Source: Tubiluchus corallicola
Taxonomy: Eukaryota; Animalia; Priapulida
DNA length: 28,809 nucleotides
Assembly (NCBI GenBank): GCA_030141605.1
Contig: JAQGDQ010001698.1
Span: 1 to 28,809, forward strand
Direction: 5' to 3'
Shown here: positions 1-11,641 of the stretch, in pieces
Layout: the number at the start of each line of letters is the position of its first letter
How positions within the stretch are numbered: position 1 is the stretch's first letter
Position numbers and translations under genes: made by a program
The notes under the pieces: generated by a model
The model's database searches: none
What the model was told of the DNA's origin: nothing
The model's input: only the letters and a program-made list of their open reading frames with translations

Positions 1-905
1 TGATTTGTACAAAGTCATTTCTGGATTTCCGACGATTTGTACAAAGTCATTTCTGGATTTCCGACGATTTGCGCAGTCATTTATGGATTTCCTATGGTTT
101 GTACAAAGTCATTTCTGGATTTCCAATGATTTGTACAAAGTCATTTCTGGATTTCCGATGATTTGCGCAAAGTCATTTCTGGATTTCCGATGATTTGCGC
201 AGTCATTTATGGATTTCCTAGGATTTGTACAAAGTCATTTCCGGATTTCCAATGATTTGTACAAAGTCATTTCTGGATTTCCGATGATTTGCGCAAAGTC
301 ATTTCTGGATTTCCGATGATTTGCACAGTCATTTATGGATTTCCTATGGTTTGCGCAATGTCATTTCTGGATTTCCTAGGATTTGTGCAAAGTCATTTCT
401 GGATTTCCAATGGTTCACTCAAAGTCATTTCTGGATTTCCAATGATTTGCGCAAAGTCATTTCTGGATTTCCGATAGTTCACTCAAAGTCATTTCTGGAT
501 TTCCAATGATTTGCGCAAAGTCATTTCTGGATTTCCAATGATTTGTGCAAAGTCATTTCTGGATTTCCGATGGTTTGCGCAAAGTCATTTCCGGATTTCC
601 AATGGTTTGCACAAAGTCATTTCTGGATTTCCAATGGTTTGCGCAATGTCATTTCTGCATTTGTGATGATTTGCACAAAGTCATTTCAGGATTTCCGATC
701 ATTAGCTCAAAGTCATTTCTGGATTTTCGATCATTAGCACAAAGTCATTTCTGGATTTTCGATCATTAGCGCAAAGTCATTTCTGGATTTTCGATCATTA
801 GCGCAAAGTCATTTCTGGATTTTCGATCATTAGCGCAAAGTCATTTCTGGATTTTCGATCATTAGCGCAAAGTCATTTCTGGATTACGGATGGTTTGCGC
901 AAAAT
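1..905. repeat. Tandem satellite, 32-bp unit (TGATTTGYRCAAAGTCATTTCTGGATTTCCRA) with 30-bp variants, ~28 units, runs off the left edge
   Basis: Periodicity is directly visible (units at 1, 33, 65, 95, 127, 159, 191...). ORFs 5..769 are translations of the repeat. Confidence 0.97.
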
Positions 906-2425
906 CAATCCTGGATTTCTGATCATTTTGTCTGTAAGCAGTGCAGTTGAGTTTTAAACTCTGTCGTATCTTTCGAATTCATTTTGTGTTTTGGACAGTG
1001 TAGCAGGATTGATTGCATTTTTTGCATTTATTGTTTTTAATAAACTGATAAAACCAGCAGCTGATGTGTTTTTGTAATTGTTTGTTATCAAAAATTAATT
1101 GTCTAATCACCGTTTACTCCACAGTTACTCTGAAGATAGTGTGATGAGGCAGGGCATCGCAACAGCACACAGGAGAAGGGAGGAATCTAAAAGTACTTCA
1201 AACAGAGCAGAAAAAGTCGCATTTTAAAAAAAACCACTAAAAGTTAAATGTTAAAATTTAGAGAACTAATATACTTTGATTTTGTTCTGTTTTTGACTCT
1301 TTAAGTTGCCACTAGGGGGGAACTTATTTTGATTTATGAGCATTGTAACTTCACGACTCATGGTAGACGATTTAGAAAAATATAATAATGAATAATGCTC
1401 GTCCTAATGTCTATAAGAATCTTAATAGTCAAGAGCGTCAAGAAGCAGCAAGAAGGCTTGAAAACTGTAAGAGAAAATTAGCGTCAAGGAGTATCATGGA
1501 GTGTCAAGGGAAAACCGGGGATAAAGGAAGAGAACAAGCGATGAGGAAATAATAGCGTGAAGAATAGTTTGCCATTTCCTGCCGTTCTTATACAGTTGCA
1601 TGATGATTTAATTATATGAAAAGCGATTTATATGATTAGGAAATAACATTTAATATTTAAATAAGTGTCTGTGTACAAATATAACATTTTGATTAGCAGA
1701 TAATATCTCTTATACTTCATTGTCACAAAAAGCCTGTATTGTTCAGAAGAGTTCATAACACAAAAATCTATTTCATTAAAACTAGAAACATTCCTAAATT
1801 TTACTGAATTAACCAGTATAAGATTCTTTCCCATTGTTGTTATGCTGGAATTGTCGTTTAAAATAGACAACGCGTAGCCTTTCTAAATTCAATAGCTATT
1901 TATTTAACTATCTTGCCTGATAATTCAAGTATAGAGCTGTAATAGAACTAGCAGAAGAATGACTAAAAAGCTTGAGAATCACACGTTTATAAAACCGGAG
2001 TGCAGATCAAAATAGTCTACTTATTATATTGAAAGAAAACATTGTATTTTTAAGTGACTTACGTGAATTAGTTACCACACAAACACAGTTTCACGCTCAC
2101 ACCACTAGCGCCATCATTTCGCAACGCATTACACAAAAACAGGCGATGTTCCTCTCAGTTCAGATGTAAATTTGAAATTTGAATTTTTATCCTAAAACTT
2201 GTCTAGTTGTCTATACTACCACCTTTTCAAGTCCGATAAATAGTATACATTTTAACTATGAATACTGCAAAAGCGTTTCTGTTAATTAAATTATAGATTA
2301 AAAACTAAATTAAGGCGGGACACTCCAACTATTGATGACATCACAAACTAACATAATTTTCAACAGCAAAAATATTCCACGAGCGTGTTGCACGTGTTTG
2401 TAAAAGAGAAAATTAAAGTGCAGTG

Positions 2426-2680
2426 CTACTGTATTCGGAGCCACAACAAAGCGAGCACACGAAATGGTTCGATTTCATCATTCCAACCCGCAATGCGATT
2501 GCTACCTTGATTCGAGTCATTAGACTTAGTTTCTAGTACAAATTGTTTACCATTTTCAAGACAATTTTCAGTAACTAAATCGCAGCAGGCATCGATTACA
2601 TCTCCACAGTTACATTCGTTGGACGTAACGGTTAGATTGGAAATTTTATCACCTGGTATAATGGCCAACACGCTTGTCAT
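2426..2680 (-). mobile_element. Decayed non-LTR retrotransposon ORF2 fragment (linker between endonuclease and RT; CR1/L2/Daphne-like)
   Basis: IDACC...IAGWNDEIEPFRVLALLWLRI resembles the PGWNxxVxPxxxxALFWxxIW motif of invertebrate LINE ORF2, recalled from memory. No RT domain follows. Confidence 0.5.
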
Positions 2681-3032
2681 ATATTCGATTTAATAGATTT
2701 GCGATTTACAAACAAATTTGCAAATTTTCAGCACATTTTTTGCGTGAAAACTATCGATACATCTTCACTTCGGTTATTGACATAGACGTGTAGTTTAATG
2801 TCACGTGACCTGCCCCCGTTTTGTTGAAAATACACGCTTGGTGTACATCGTCAGCTACCCACAAACGCTAAAGCATTGAATCCTATCAAAATGCTGTAAG
2901 AGAAATTGAGTGGCCAAGACTTGCACCTATTTGGACATTTGGCCCCGTCACGTGACTTAGCCACAACCATTTTTTCAAAAGTACTTAAATGACATTTAAA
3001 TGTACATTTAGCCTCCCCCACACACCTATACG

Positions 3033-3209
<177 letters not shown>

Positions 3210-4070
3210 TTCCTTATTTGTGATAAAAAATTGAGCCTTGCGAACTCAGCAACATGATTAATTATTAAAAGTTAGTGACAGCCATTTTTAAATCCAAATT
3301 GGCTGCCAAATACATACACGAAAAAAAATTGCATCTCATTTTTGAATTCAGCACCCCAAACTGGCTAGTTCCAAAAATCAATTTTGGCACAAAAATCGAG
3401 TTTGTTGCAAATACCTAGCAGCGCCCGTTAACTACAATGTTGTGCTACTTGGCAAACGAATTTAACACCAATCATGAACGCACAGTCTCATGTAGCGTGC
3501 TTCTAGACAAGCTGCAACAACAGTTCTCAATAGTTACATTGTGCTGCCATCTACTGAGTGCAAAACGAAACGCAAGCTGCTATCTTGAACGCTACGCGTT
3601 TTCTGTATCATAACAGCGAGTATTTTAGTTTTTAGCAATAGTTAATATCATGAAAAGCTTTAGCGGTTCCGTAAATTGGTGTTTTGTTTTTAGATTTGTC
3701 ATATCAAATTATTTTTAGTGCAATATAAGACGTAACAATTCTCCAATATATAGCAACATGCGCCATGTTGTCAAGGAATTATTGAAAATATAAACCCTTG
3801 AGGAACCAATAATATAAAAAATCATAGGACTTTTCACAGCCAGGGCTGAATTCAGTTTATGCAGATTTATATTAAATTTAGTTTATTAGAATCATTAGTT
3901 GTAAACAATTTAAAAAATTAAGATCTAAAGCGAAGAAGCAATAATAACACAAATCATGCGCACATTTCACAGCGAAAATTTCATAATGTTTATTTGGACT
4001 TAATTTCAATTTAGTTTTTTAAATCAATTTTTATATAAACACACGTTTCAGGTCTGTAGGGCAAAGTTTA

Positions 4071-4320
4071 GCGCAAATTCTGCATAGTATCCCGTGATCA
4101 TACGCAGTGTGCTACCCGACAGCGCATTCAGCATAACATCCCGTGATCATGCGCAGTGTGCTACCCGACAGCGCATTCAGCATGACATCCCGTGATCATG
4201 CGCAGTGTGCTACGCGACAGCGCATTCTGCATGACATCCCGTGATCATGCGCAGTGTGCTACCCGACAGCGCATTCAGCATAACATCCCGTGATCATGCG
4301 CAGTGTGCTACCCGACAGCA
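4071..4320. repeat. 49-bp minisatellite, ~5 copies (CCCGTGATCATGCGCAGTGTGCTACCCGACAGCGCATTCAGCATRACAT)
   Basis: Units start at 4091, 4140, 4189, 4238 and 4287, with a degenerate partial unit from 4071. Confidence 0.95.
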
Positions 4321-4809
4321 TCAAAGCGTGTAGTTTCTGGGGTTATTAGACGAGAGCAACTCAAGCAAACCACTTGCTTTGTTAACCCTTAATAGTTGAA
4401 AATGTGAAAACGTTTGGTGAGATTGTGCGCAACCTTCAATTTTTTCTTTTGATGTGAAAAGCGCGTATTTCGGTGAGAAAGTTTGTGTTCTTGTCTTAAA
4501 TAACGTGATTAATATTTTCCAGGAAAATTGTACAAGGCGTTTTAGAACGTGATCGAATTGCGAATAATTTGTGTGCGAAGTTTTATAGTAAAATTCTCAT
4601 TAATTTGTGATGTTTTATTTTCCGTGGAAAGATCTCTGTTTTCAGCGCGCCCTATCGCTTACTGCTTCAACTAAAGCCGCATAAGCAAACAAACTGCGCT
4701 GCTGGAAAGTTATTCATTGTATTATTCGATAATAGATATTTAAATATTTGTGTCAAACAAACAAAATCTGTCGAACATTTATATATTCTTTAAAAATGTT
4801 AAATGAAGG

Positions 4810-5875
4810 ACCAAGTCACTCTGTATGTTGGGTTTATTTTACTATTATCACTTAAACTTAGAAATTTGCACAGAATTGCCCACAAACTTAAAATAAACTC
4901 CCTCTGAATAGAAATTTTTAGGTGTGGCGTTTGCCGCCGTTCACTTAAAAATCAAGGCGTAACTGATAGACTTCGTGACATTTCGTAGTCGCGTCGTTGC
5001 TTTCCGTAAGCAAACGCAGCTTAAAGTAATTCAAACTTCTGCAGCTTACTTAATGTTCAAGCAAAAATGTTAGAAGCCGTTACAATATCTGTTAATCATA
5101 CAAAATTACCTATCTAATTTTTTTAGAAACTTTTGATGAAGATTGACAGTGCGCTACTTTTCTTCAGTTTAGGAATGACGTCATGGAAAGAAGAATAGAA
5201 AAATGGGGCGCCCAAACAGGAAATGATCGCGACTTTAAAGTGATTTTACTAATTAGACGAGGCGTTTATTGCACTTTTATTACTAAATCCTTCTAACATT
5301 TTTCGCAAACATTGATATTAGCCTTACCTCCTAGAAGGCTTGACCATTTCCTTTAAATACGATTGTAAATTGCCAAAGTATAAAATACTTATAACGACGA
5401 AGTGATTAACTACGATGCATACCAAGGCATAGTATATTTATTAGCTGCAATACTTCACACATATCAAATCATGAGTGGGTTGATTATTGTTGTTATAAAT
5501 GTGGAGCCGTGGATTTAATTAACACAAATTTTTAGTTTTCTCTTATAATACATACCCGAGCAAAATTGTTTATTCACATTCAATTTACATGTTTAAAGGA
5601 CAAGAAAATGGCTACCTGAAGTGAGTTTCAGATAAGGCGCTTTAAATATTATATGCCTTTATAGCAATTTTATGCGTAAATCGTACTCGTGTTGAAAATC
5701 ATTTCAAATCTGTCGCATTACTGTAACCACCGCGCCATTACATGACGTCATATGCGCACAACGTAAATCAGGGGAAGAAAACGGAATGTCGAACCATGTC
5801 CCAAAAATTACCTAGCATTACTTAGCATTTCACTTGTCTGCTTGAAACTTCTCTAGTTAGAAAAGAAAATTATTA
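4810..5875. mobile_element. Dispersed non-coding repeat family (probable non-autonomous DNA transposon), longest local copy
   Basis: 4810-5330 matches the reverse complement of 12450-12890; 5200-5340 matches 12897-13005 directly; 5640-5875 matches the reverse complement of 28075-28330 (e.g. AACGTAAATCAGGGGAAGAAAA). Confidence 0.75.
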
Positions 5876-5964
5876 TAAAATATATAATAATTATAATAAT
5901 AATTAATATATTTTTTAACCTTTATGTATGTGGAAGGTTTTCTTGTGCCTTAACAGTCCTATCT

Positions 5965-8062
5965 CAGCAAGTGTAGGTACCGTAAATAAAAATATGAGTT
6001 GCATAGTAGATTGCTTTCCAATATTAGAAGAGTCAATATATTAGAAAAAATAGCCCTTCCCAAAAAACTTCCAAAAAAACGCTTTTTGAGGTATTCTTGC
6101 ACTATTTGTTCCAGAGGATAACACATCCAAATTAGGCTCAAATTCGACCATTGCAAAAGGCCTAATTATGGCGCGAGAAAAGATGGCCGCCATTTGACCA
6201 AAACGAACTGGTATTTAGCCTAAAAAGGAGGTGAAAAAATTTTCATTTTGATTCAAAAACATGAAACTTTACTCAGTGCTAGAGTTTATTAAGGTGATTA
6301 ATTTTCATTTTGGACTCGATTGAAATTTCTTGTCGAATATGGCGGAAATTTTCAAGATGGCTACCAATATGGCTGTTGCTAACTTATAAGACCTATATCT
6401 TAGCTATCAGAGCATGCAGGATAATGATTTTGGTGACCGAGGTTTCCAAGATCAAGGAATCCATATCTGATGCTTAAGTGCCCAATAATCTCCTGGTGAT
6501 GGCTAAGCTAAGATGAATTCAAATGGTGCTTAACTTGGCGGAATAGCTCATTTTGCCTTAAAAGCATGGAGCTTTGCACAATGCTAAAACCCTTTGAGTT
6601 GATTAATATTCGGTATGGAGCCATTTAAAAATTATCCAATATGGCCACAGCATTCAATATGTTCGACAAGATAGCAGTTGTTAGTTAAAGGGCCAAATCT
6701 TACAGGAATTGTAAACAAAGTCAACTACCTGTTTTGTTAACTAACATGCATTTACCGCCGCAATGTAGTGTTTATATGTAGTGCTGATATGGTTTCTCAA
6801 ATGAATAGTATACATACTGTATCATATAATGCGCAGGTTCATTGTTCCAGACATTAAGCAGTGTAGCAGAGAAGTACCTTAGGCATATAGCTTTTCATGA
6901 AATTGCATAGGCCCTGAATCACCACGATCACAAACCTAGAATGAGAACAAAAGCAAATATTCATTACATGGAAAAATGTACATTTTAGGGCATAGCAGTA
7001 AGATGGCCAATCTCAGTGAAAAATGGAATTCACCACAAGACTACTGAAATTTTGCTCATAACACGTATATCTCAGATCTCGTGAGGTCATTAATGTCGCT
7101 CCATTGTATTGAGTTAGCAAGCAACAGAGTGACTTCCGTTTCTTGTTGAAACAGAAAGCAGAACCTCATTTGTCTGTTATAAACTTTCCTCAACATTCGT
7201 CTTTGCTTTTATACTTACTGCAGGTTTATGGTCCAGGACCTTGGTTTTTGCCAGGCTGAACTACACAATATGCTTAAACTTTTGTTTCTTGTTCATCAAT
7301 TGGTTTACAATACTTAGCTTAAATGGCTTTGTTTTGTTTTAAAGCAGAAATTGAGAAAAAGCTGTCGAGTGCCCGTGTTTTTCATTGTTTTTTGATGATT
7401 ATACAATTTCCTAGTCTAGGGAAGAAATTGAAAAAGCCCTCCCCCAAAAAATGCATAAAAATGTTTTGGTAACTTCTTGTAGTATGTTGTCCAGAGAATA
7501 TCATAATGCAAAATAGGCTGGAACGTGAGCACAACAATGTGCCTAATTATAACATCAAAAAAGATGGCAAGCATTTGACCAAAATAAATGGGTATTTAGC
7601 CTACCAGAATGGTTAAAATTGCTCATTTTGAGTTAAAACCATGAATCTTTGCACAGTGCTAGAGTTCATATAGGAGATTAAGTTTGACCATGTAATCAAT
7701 CGAAATTCGTCCAATATGGCGCAATTCTCGAGGTGGCCGACAATATGGCAGTTGACAGCTTGTAAGTGCTATATCTTAGCTATCATATCAGACAGGATAA
7801 CGATTTTGGTGTCAAGGTAGGTTTTCAAGGCCAAGAAGTCAATATCTGATGCTTAAAGGCTCCTATAATACCCCCCATTTCAAGATGGCAGCTAAGAAGG
7901 CTGCAAATGTGTTGCATAAAATGACGTAATTGCTCATTTTGCTTTAAAAGCATGATTATTTTCACAATGCTAGCCCTCTCCCCCGTTGATTGATTTTGGA
8001 AGTCGAACCAACCGAAAATTATCTAAAATGGCTATAGCATATAAAATTGCCACACAAGATGG
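5965..8062 (+). repeat. Left arm of a large inverted repeat (foldback-like); contains a direct duplication of a ~1.38-kb unit (~6050-7430 and partial ~7435-8280)
   Basis: 6318-8062 aligns to the reverse complement of 8468-10166, and 5965-6135 aligns more loosely to 10167-10345. 6050-6905 aligns directly to 7435-8280. Confidence 0.92.
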
Positions 8063-8429
8063 TCATATCTTTTAGGAATTGTGAACAAAGTCTATATCTT
8101 TTGTACACTAAAATGCACGTACTATAACAATGTAGCAAGGTTATGTGTGAATGCTGGTATTTCAAGTGAATGCTACATGAACAATTTCATACAACGCATT
8201 AGGTTCATTGTTACACTCTGCTTTGTGCTGGAACAGGCACATGCCTTATAGGTATATGGCTTTTCCTGAAATTGTGAATGCCGTAAGCCAGGAAACGAAT
8301 CAGTTCTGTCAGATTCTACTGGTTGCAACCAGAAGTCAGATTTTGCCAAATGAGAAAAAAGACCCGCATCTACATGGTAGGTATTGAAGAAGTAACAGAA
8401 GAATTTGATGTCTCTAAGCATTATTCCTA

Positions 8430-10345
8430 AAGCTAAGCATGACCTGGTCCTTATGAGCTGGCAGAAGCTGTCTTGTCGGCCATTTTAAATGCTGCGGCCA
8501 TTATAGATAATTTCCGGTTGGTTCCACGTCCAAAATTTCCACGTTAAACGGGGTGGGTTTTAGCATTGTGCAAATTTTAACGTTTTTAAAGCAAAATGAG
8601 CAATTGAATGATTTTGTGCAACATATGCACCCACCATAGCTGCCATCTTAAATCGGGTGATATTATTGGGGCATCTAAGCTTCAGATATGGACTCCTTGA
8701 CTTGTAAAACCTATTTTTAGGCACCAAAATCATAATCCCGTCTGCTCTGATAGCTAAGATGCACGTACAAGCTAGCAACAGCCATATTGTTAGTCATCTC
8801 AAAAATTGTGACAATATTGGACGAATATCGGTCGACTACATAAGCAAAATTAATCTCCCTAATGAGCTATAGCACTCTGCATGGTTTTAAATCAAAACGA
8901 GCAGTTTTCACCATTCTTGTAGACTAAATACCCATCTATTTTGATTAAATGCCGACCATCTTTTTTGATATTACAATTAGGCACTTTGTTGTGCTATTCT
9001 CTGGACTAAATACTGCAAGAATTTGCCAAAACCCGTTTTCTTGCGATGTTTTAATGTGGGGCCCTTGCAAAATCATCCCAAACAATCGAAAACACGGGCA
9101 CTCGGACATCTTTTTCGCAATTTCTGCTTTAAAACAAAACAAAGCCAATTACGCTAAGTATTGTAAACCAATTGATGAACAAGAAACAAAAGTTTAAACA
9201 TATTATGTAGTTCAGTATGGCAAAAATCAAGGTCCTGGACCATAAACCTACAGCAAGTACAAAAGCAAAGACGAATGTTGAGGAAAGTTTATAACAGACA
9301 GTTGAGAAGGTTCTGCTTTCTCTTTCAACAAGAAACGGAAGTCACTCTGTTGCTTGCTAACTCAATACAATGGAGCGAAATTAATGACCACACGAGATCT
9401 GAGATATACGTGTTATGAGCAAAATTTCAGTTGTCTTGTGACGAATTCCACTTTTCACTAAGAGGCCATCTTACTGCTAGGCACTAAATATATACATTTT
9501 TTCCATATAATAAATATTTGCTTTTGTTCTCATTTTAGGTCTATGATCGTGGTGATTCTTTTCAGGGCCCAGGCAATTTCATGAAAAGCTATATGCCTGA
9601 GGCACTTTTCTGTTCCAGACATTAAGCAGTGTAGCAATGTACCTAGACATTATATGATACTGTATGTATAATATTCATTTGCGAAACCATACCAGCGCTC
9701 AAACATTACATTGTGGCAGTATGCGCATGTCAGTTGACAAAACAGGTAGTCGACTTTGTTTACAATTCCTGTAAGATTTGGACCTTTAACTGGCAACTGC
9801 TATCTTGTCGAACATATTGAATGCTGTGCCATATTGGATAATTTTTAAATGGCTTCATACCGAAAATTAATCAACTTTAAGGGTGTAAGCATTGTGCTAA
9901 ATTTCATGCTTTTAAGGCAAAATGAGCAATTCCACCAATTTAAGCAACATTTGCAGTCATTTTAACTTAGACCTCATCATGAAATGGGGCGAGATTATTG
10001 GGGCACTTAAGCATCAGATATGGATTCCTTAAAATTGAAAACCTCGGAAGCCAAAATCATTATCCTGTATGCTCTGATAGCTAAGATATAGGTCTTATAA
10101 ATTATCAACAGCCATATTGGTAGCCATCTTGAAAATTTCGGCCATATTCGATAAGAAATTTCAATCTAATTTGGATATGATGTTCTCTGGACCAAACAAA
10201 TACAAAAAAACACCAAAACGTAATCTTAATTTGGGAGGCCTTGTTTATTCTACCAACACAACGTTTCTTCCCAAGGCATTTACATGCATACTTTTGCACT
10301 AATATGTATTATTTATTGAGTAGAAGTCAAATGTACACACATCTG
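8430..10345 (-). repeat. Right arm of the large inverted repeat
   Basis: For example, 7044-7083 (ctgaaattttgctcataacacgtatatctcagatctcgtg) is the exact reverse complement of 9391-9430. This arm lacks ~180 bp corresponding to ~6136-6317. Confidence 0.92.
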
Positions 10346-10870
10346 AACATGTTTGACAAAAGCTCTTGTTAGTTCAGCTGCTTCTATCGTAGCCCCTAAT
10401 CTTGATAATGAGTCACCTCCTGGCCTCCTCCAGCCATACGATACATTCGTTAAATACGGTAGGCCAGCTTTGCAGGTTTCCGACCAACCATATGAACCAT
10501 ATAAATAAGTACTTAATGTCCAGCTTTTGTTAGCTACTATTTTTTTCTATTTATTTACTTATTTTATTGTACTAACTTTCTTGAATCATGACCACAATTG
10601 TCAGAAAACATTAATTAGTTTTCTGTATTTAAGTCCCGCAGCTAGTATAAATTCACTTTTTTTAGTCAATTTAACTTTATCTTTTTAAATTCTCAGCCGT
10701 TTAGTATGTGCATAAGCCATCTGGTCCCTACAGTCTGTCTAATCCAAGTATTGGATTTTTTACATTTAAAAGTAAACTGTTTTAATTTCTTTTCTTCTAG
10801 AATATCCACACGTCAGCTGGTCCTTACAGACATTTTCAGCTAAATTTGTAAAACAAACTCCATACTAGAA
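10345..10870 (-). mobile_element. Possible decayed hAT (ZNF862-like) transposase fragment
   Basis: Broken minus-strand translation LVWSLFYKFS*KC...DILEEK...QTVGTRWLMHILNG* resembles the YxFYxxSPK...GTRWxxH motif of hAT transposases. It has several stops and a frameshift. Confidence 0.35.
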
Positions 10871-11139
10871 ATTTCAACTTTGTTTATTCTAATTATAATT
10901 CTAATAATATTTATTGTTCGTATGACTTATGGATGAACCAATATCATAGTATCGTAAAAACTATTTCAGTTATTACAGTTATTTCAGTTGACGTATTATG
11001 TTGTTATGATGACTATTGGATAAAGCTGTTGGCAACTTTTATATAATTGATTACAAATTTTATAATTCAAGAATAAAATACGACAGAGAAGAATTATTAT
11101 CAAAGGTGAATTATGATATTGTTCCTACGTCGGATTCTC

Positions 11140-11271
11140 GCCGGAGTCTTAGTAATCACCTATCGGTGAACTAGAAGCCTTGGTTCGAAACCGACATCCT
11201 GAAACAGAACTAAAAATGCAAGCAGCTGGGAGACGTTCACCAGCGTGGTATAAGGTCCGATCAAAAAAAAA
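11140..11271 (+). mobile_element. Possible tRNA-derived SINE remnant
   Basis: Pol III B-box GGTTCGAAACC at 11182-11192 and an A9 tail at 11263-11271. The A-box is degenerate and no TSD is visible. Confidence 0.3.
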
Positions 11272-11316
11272 CTTAACTAACCTACTAATTTTCTGAAAAC
11301 TAGATTGTTACTGTTA

Positions 11317-11415
11317 CTAAATAAAGTTCTCTACTCATGACCTAAATAAAGTTCTCTACTCATGACCTAAATAAAGTTCTCTACTCATGACCTAAATAAA
11401 GTTCTCTACTCATGA
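11317..11415. repeat. 25-bp tandem repeat x4 (CTAAATAAAGTTCTCTACTCATGAC)
   Basis: Units at 11317, 11342, 11367 and 11392. Confidence 0.97.
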
Positions 11416-11641
11416 TCGAAACATAAGCTGGCTAAAATCAAGTACACAGAAAACCAATCTACCCTTGAGGGCCTACCACTCATTCACACTACACAGCAGC
11501 AACCCCTGTACTCAAAGAAGCAGAATGCGGCACTTGTATTTAGAGGCTTGCAGTTGAAAACAGGTTAGTATTCGAATTTAGAGCCAATAAGAACGCGGTG
11601 TTTATGAATTCCATTCAGGTAAGACTAGTCACTTAAAATTT

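Noticed and set aside
1-905. CRISPR-like array, and ORFs 5..769
   Set aside because: Units are contiguous with no unique spacers, there are no cas genes, and the context is eukaryotic. The ORFs are repeat translations.
1388-1552. Purine-rich 54-aa ORF (MNNARPNVYKNLNSQERQEAARRLENCKRK...)
   Set aside because: Short, with no recognisable motif or splice context.
5959-10302. Short ORFs within the palindrome (e.g. 8560..8778, 8949..9197, 10105..10302)
   Set aside because: No domain-like content, and indels between the repeat copies do not preserve frame.
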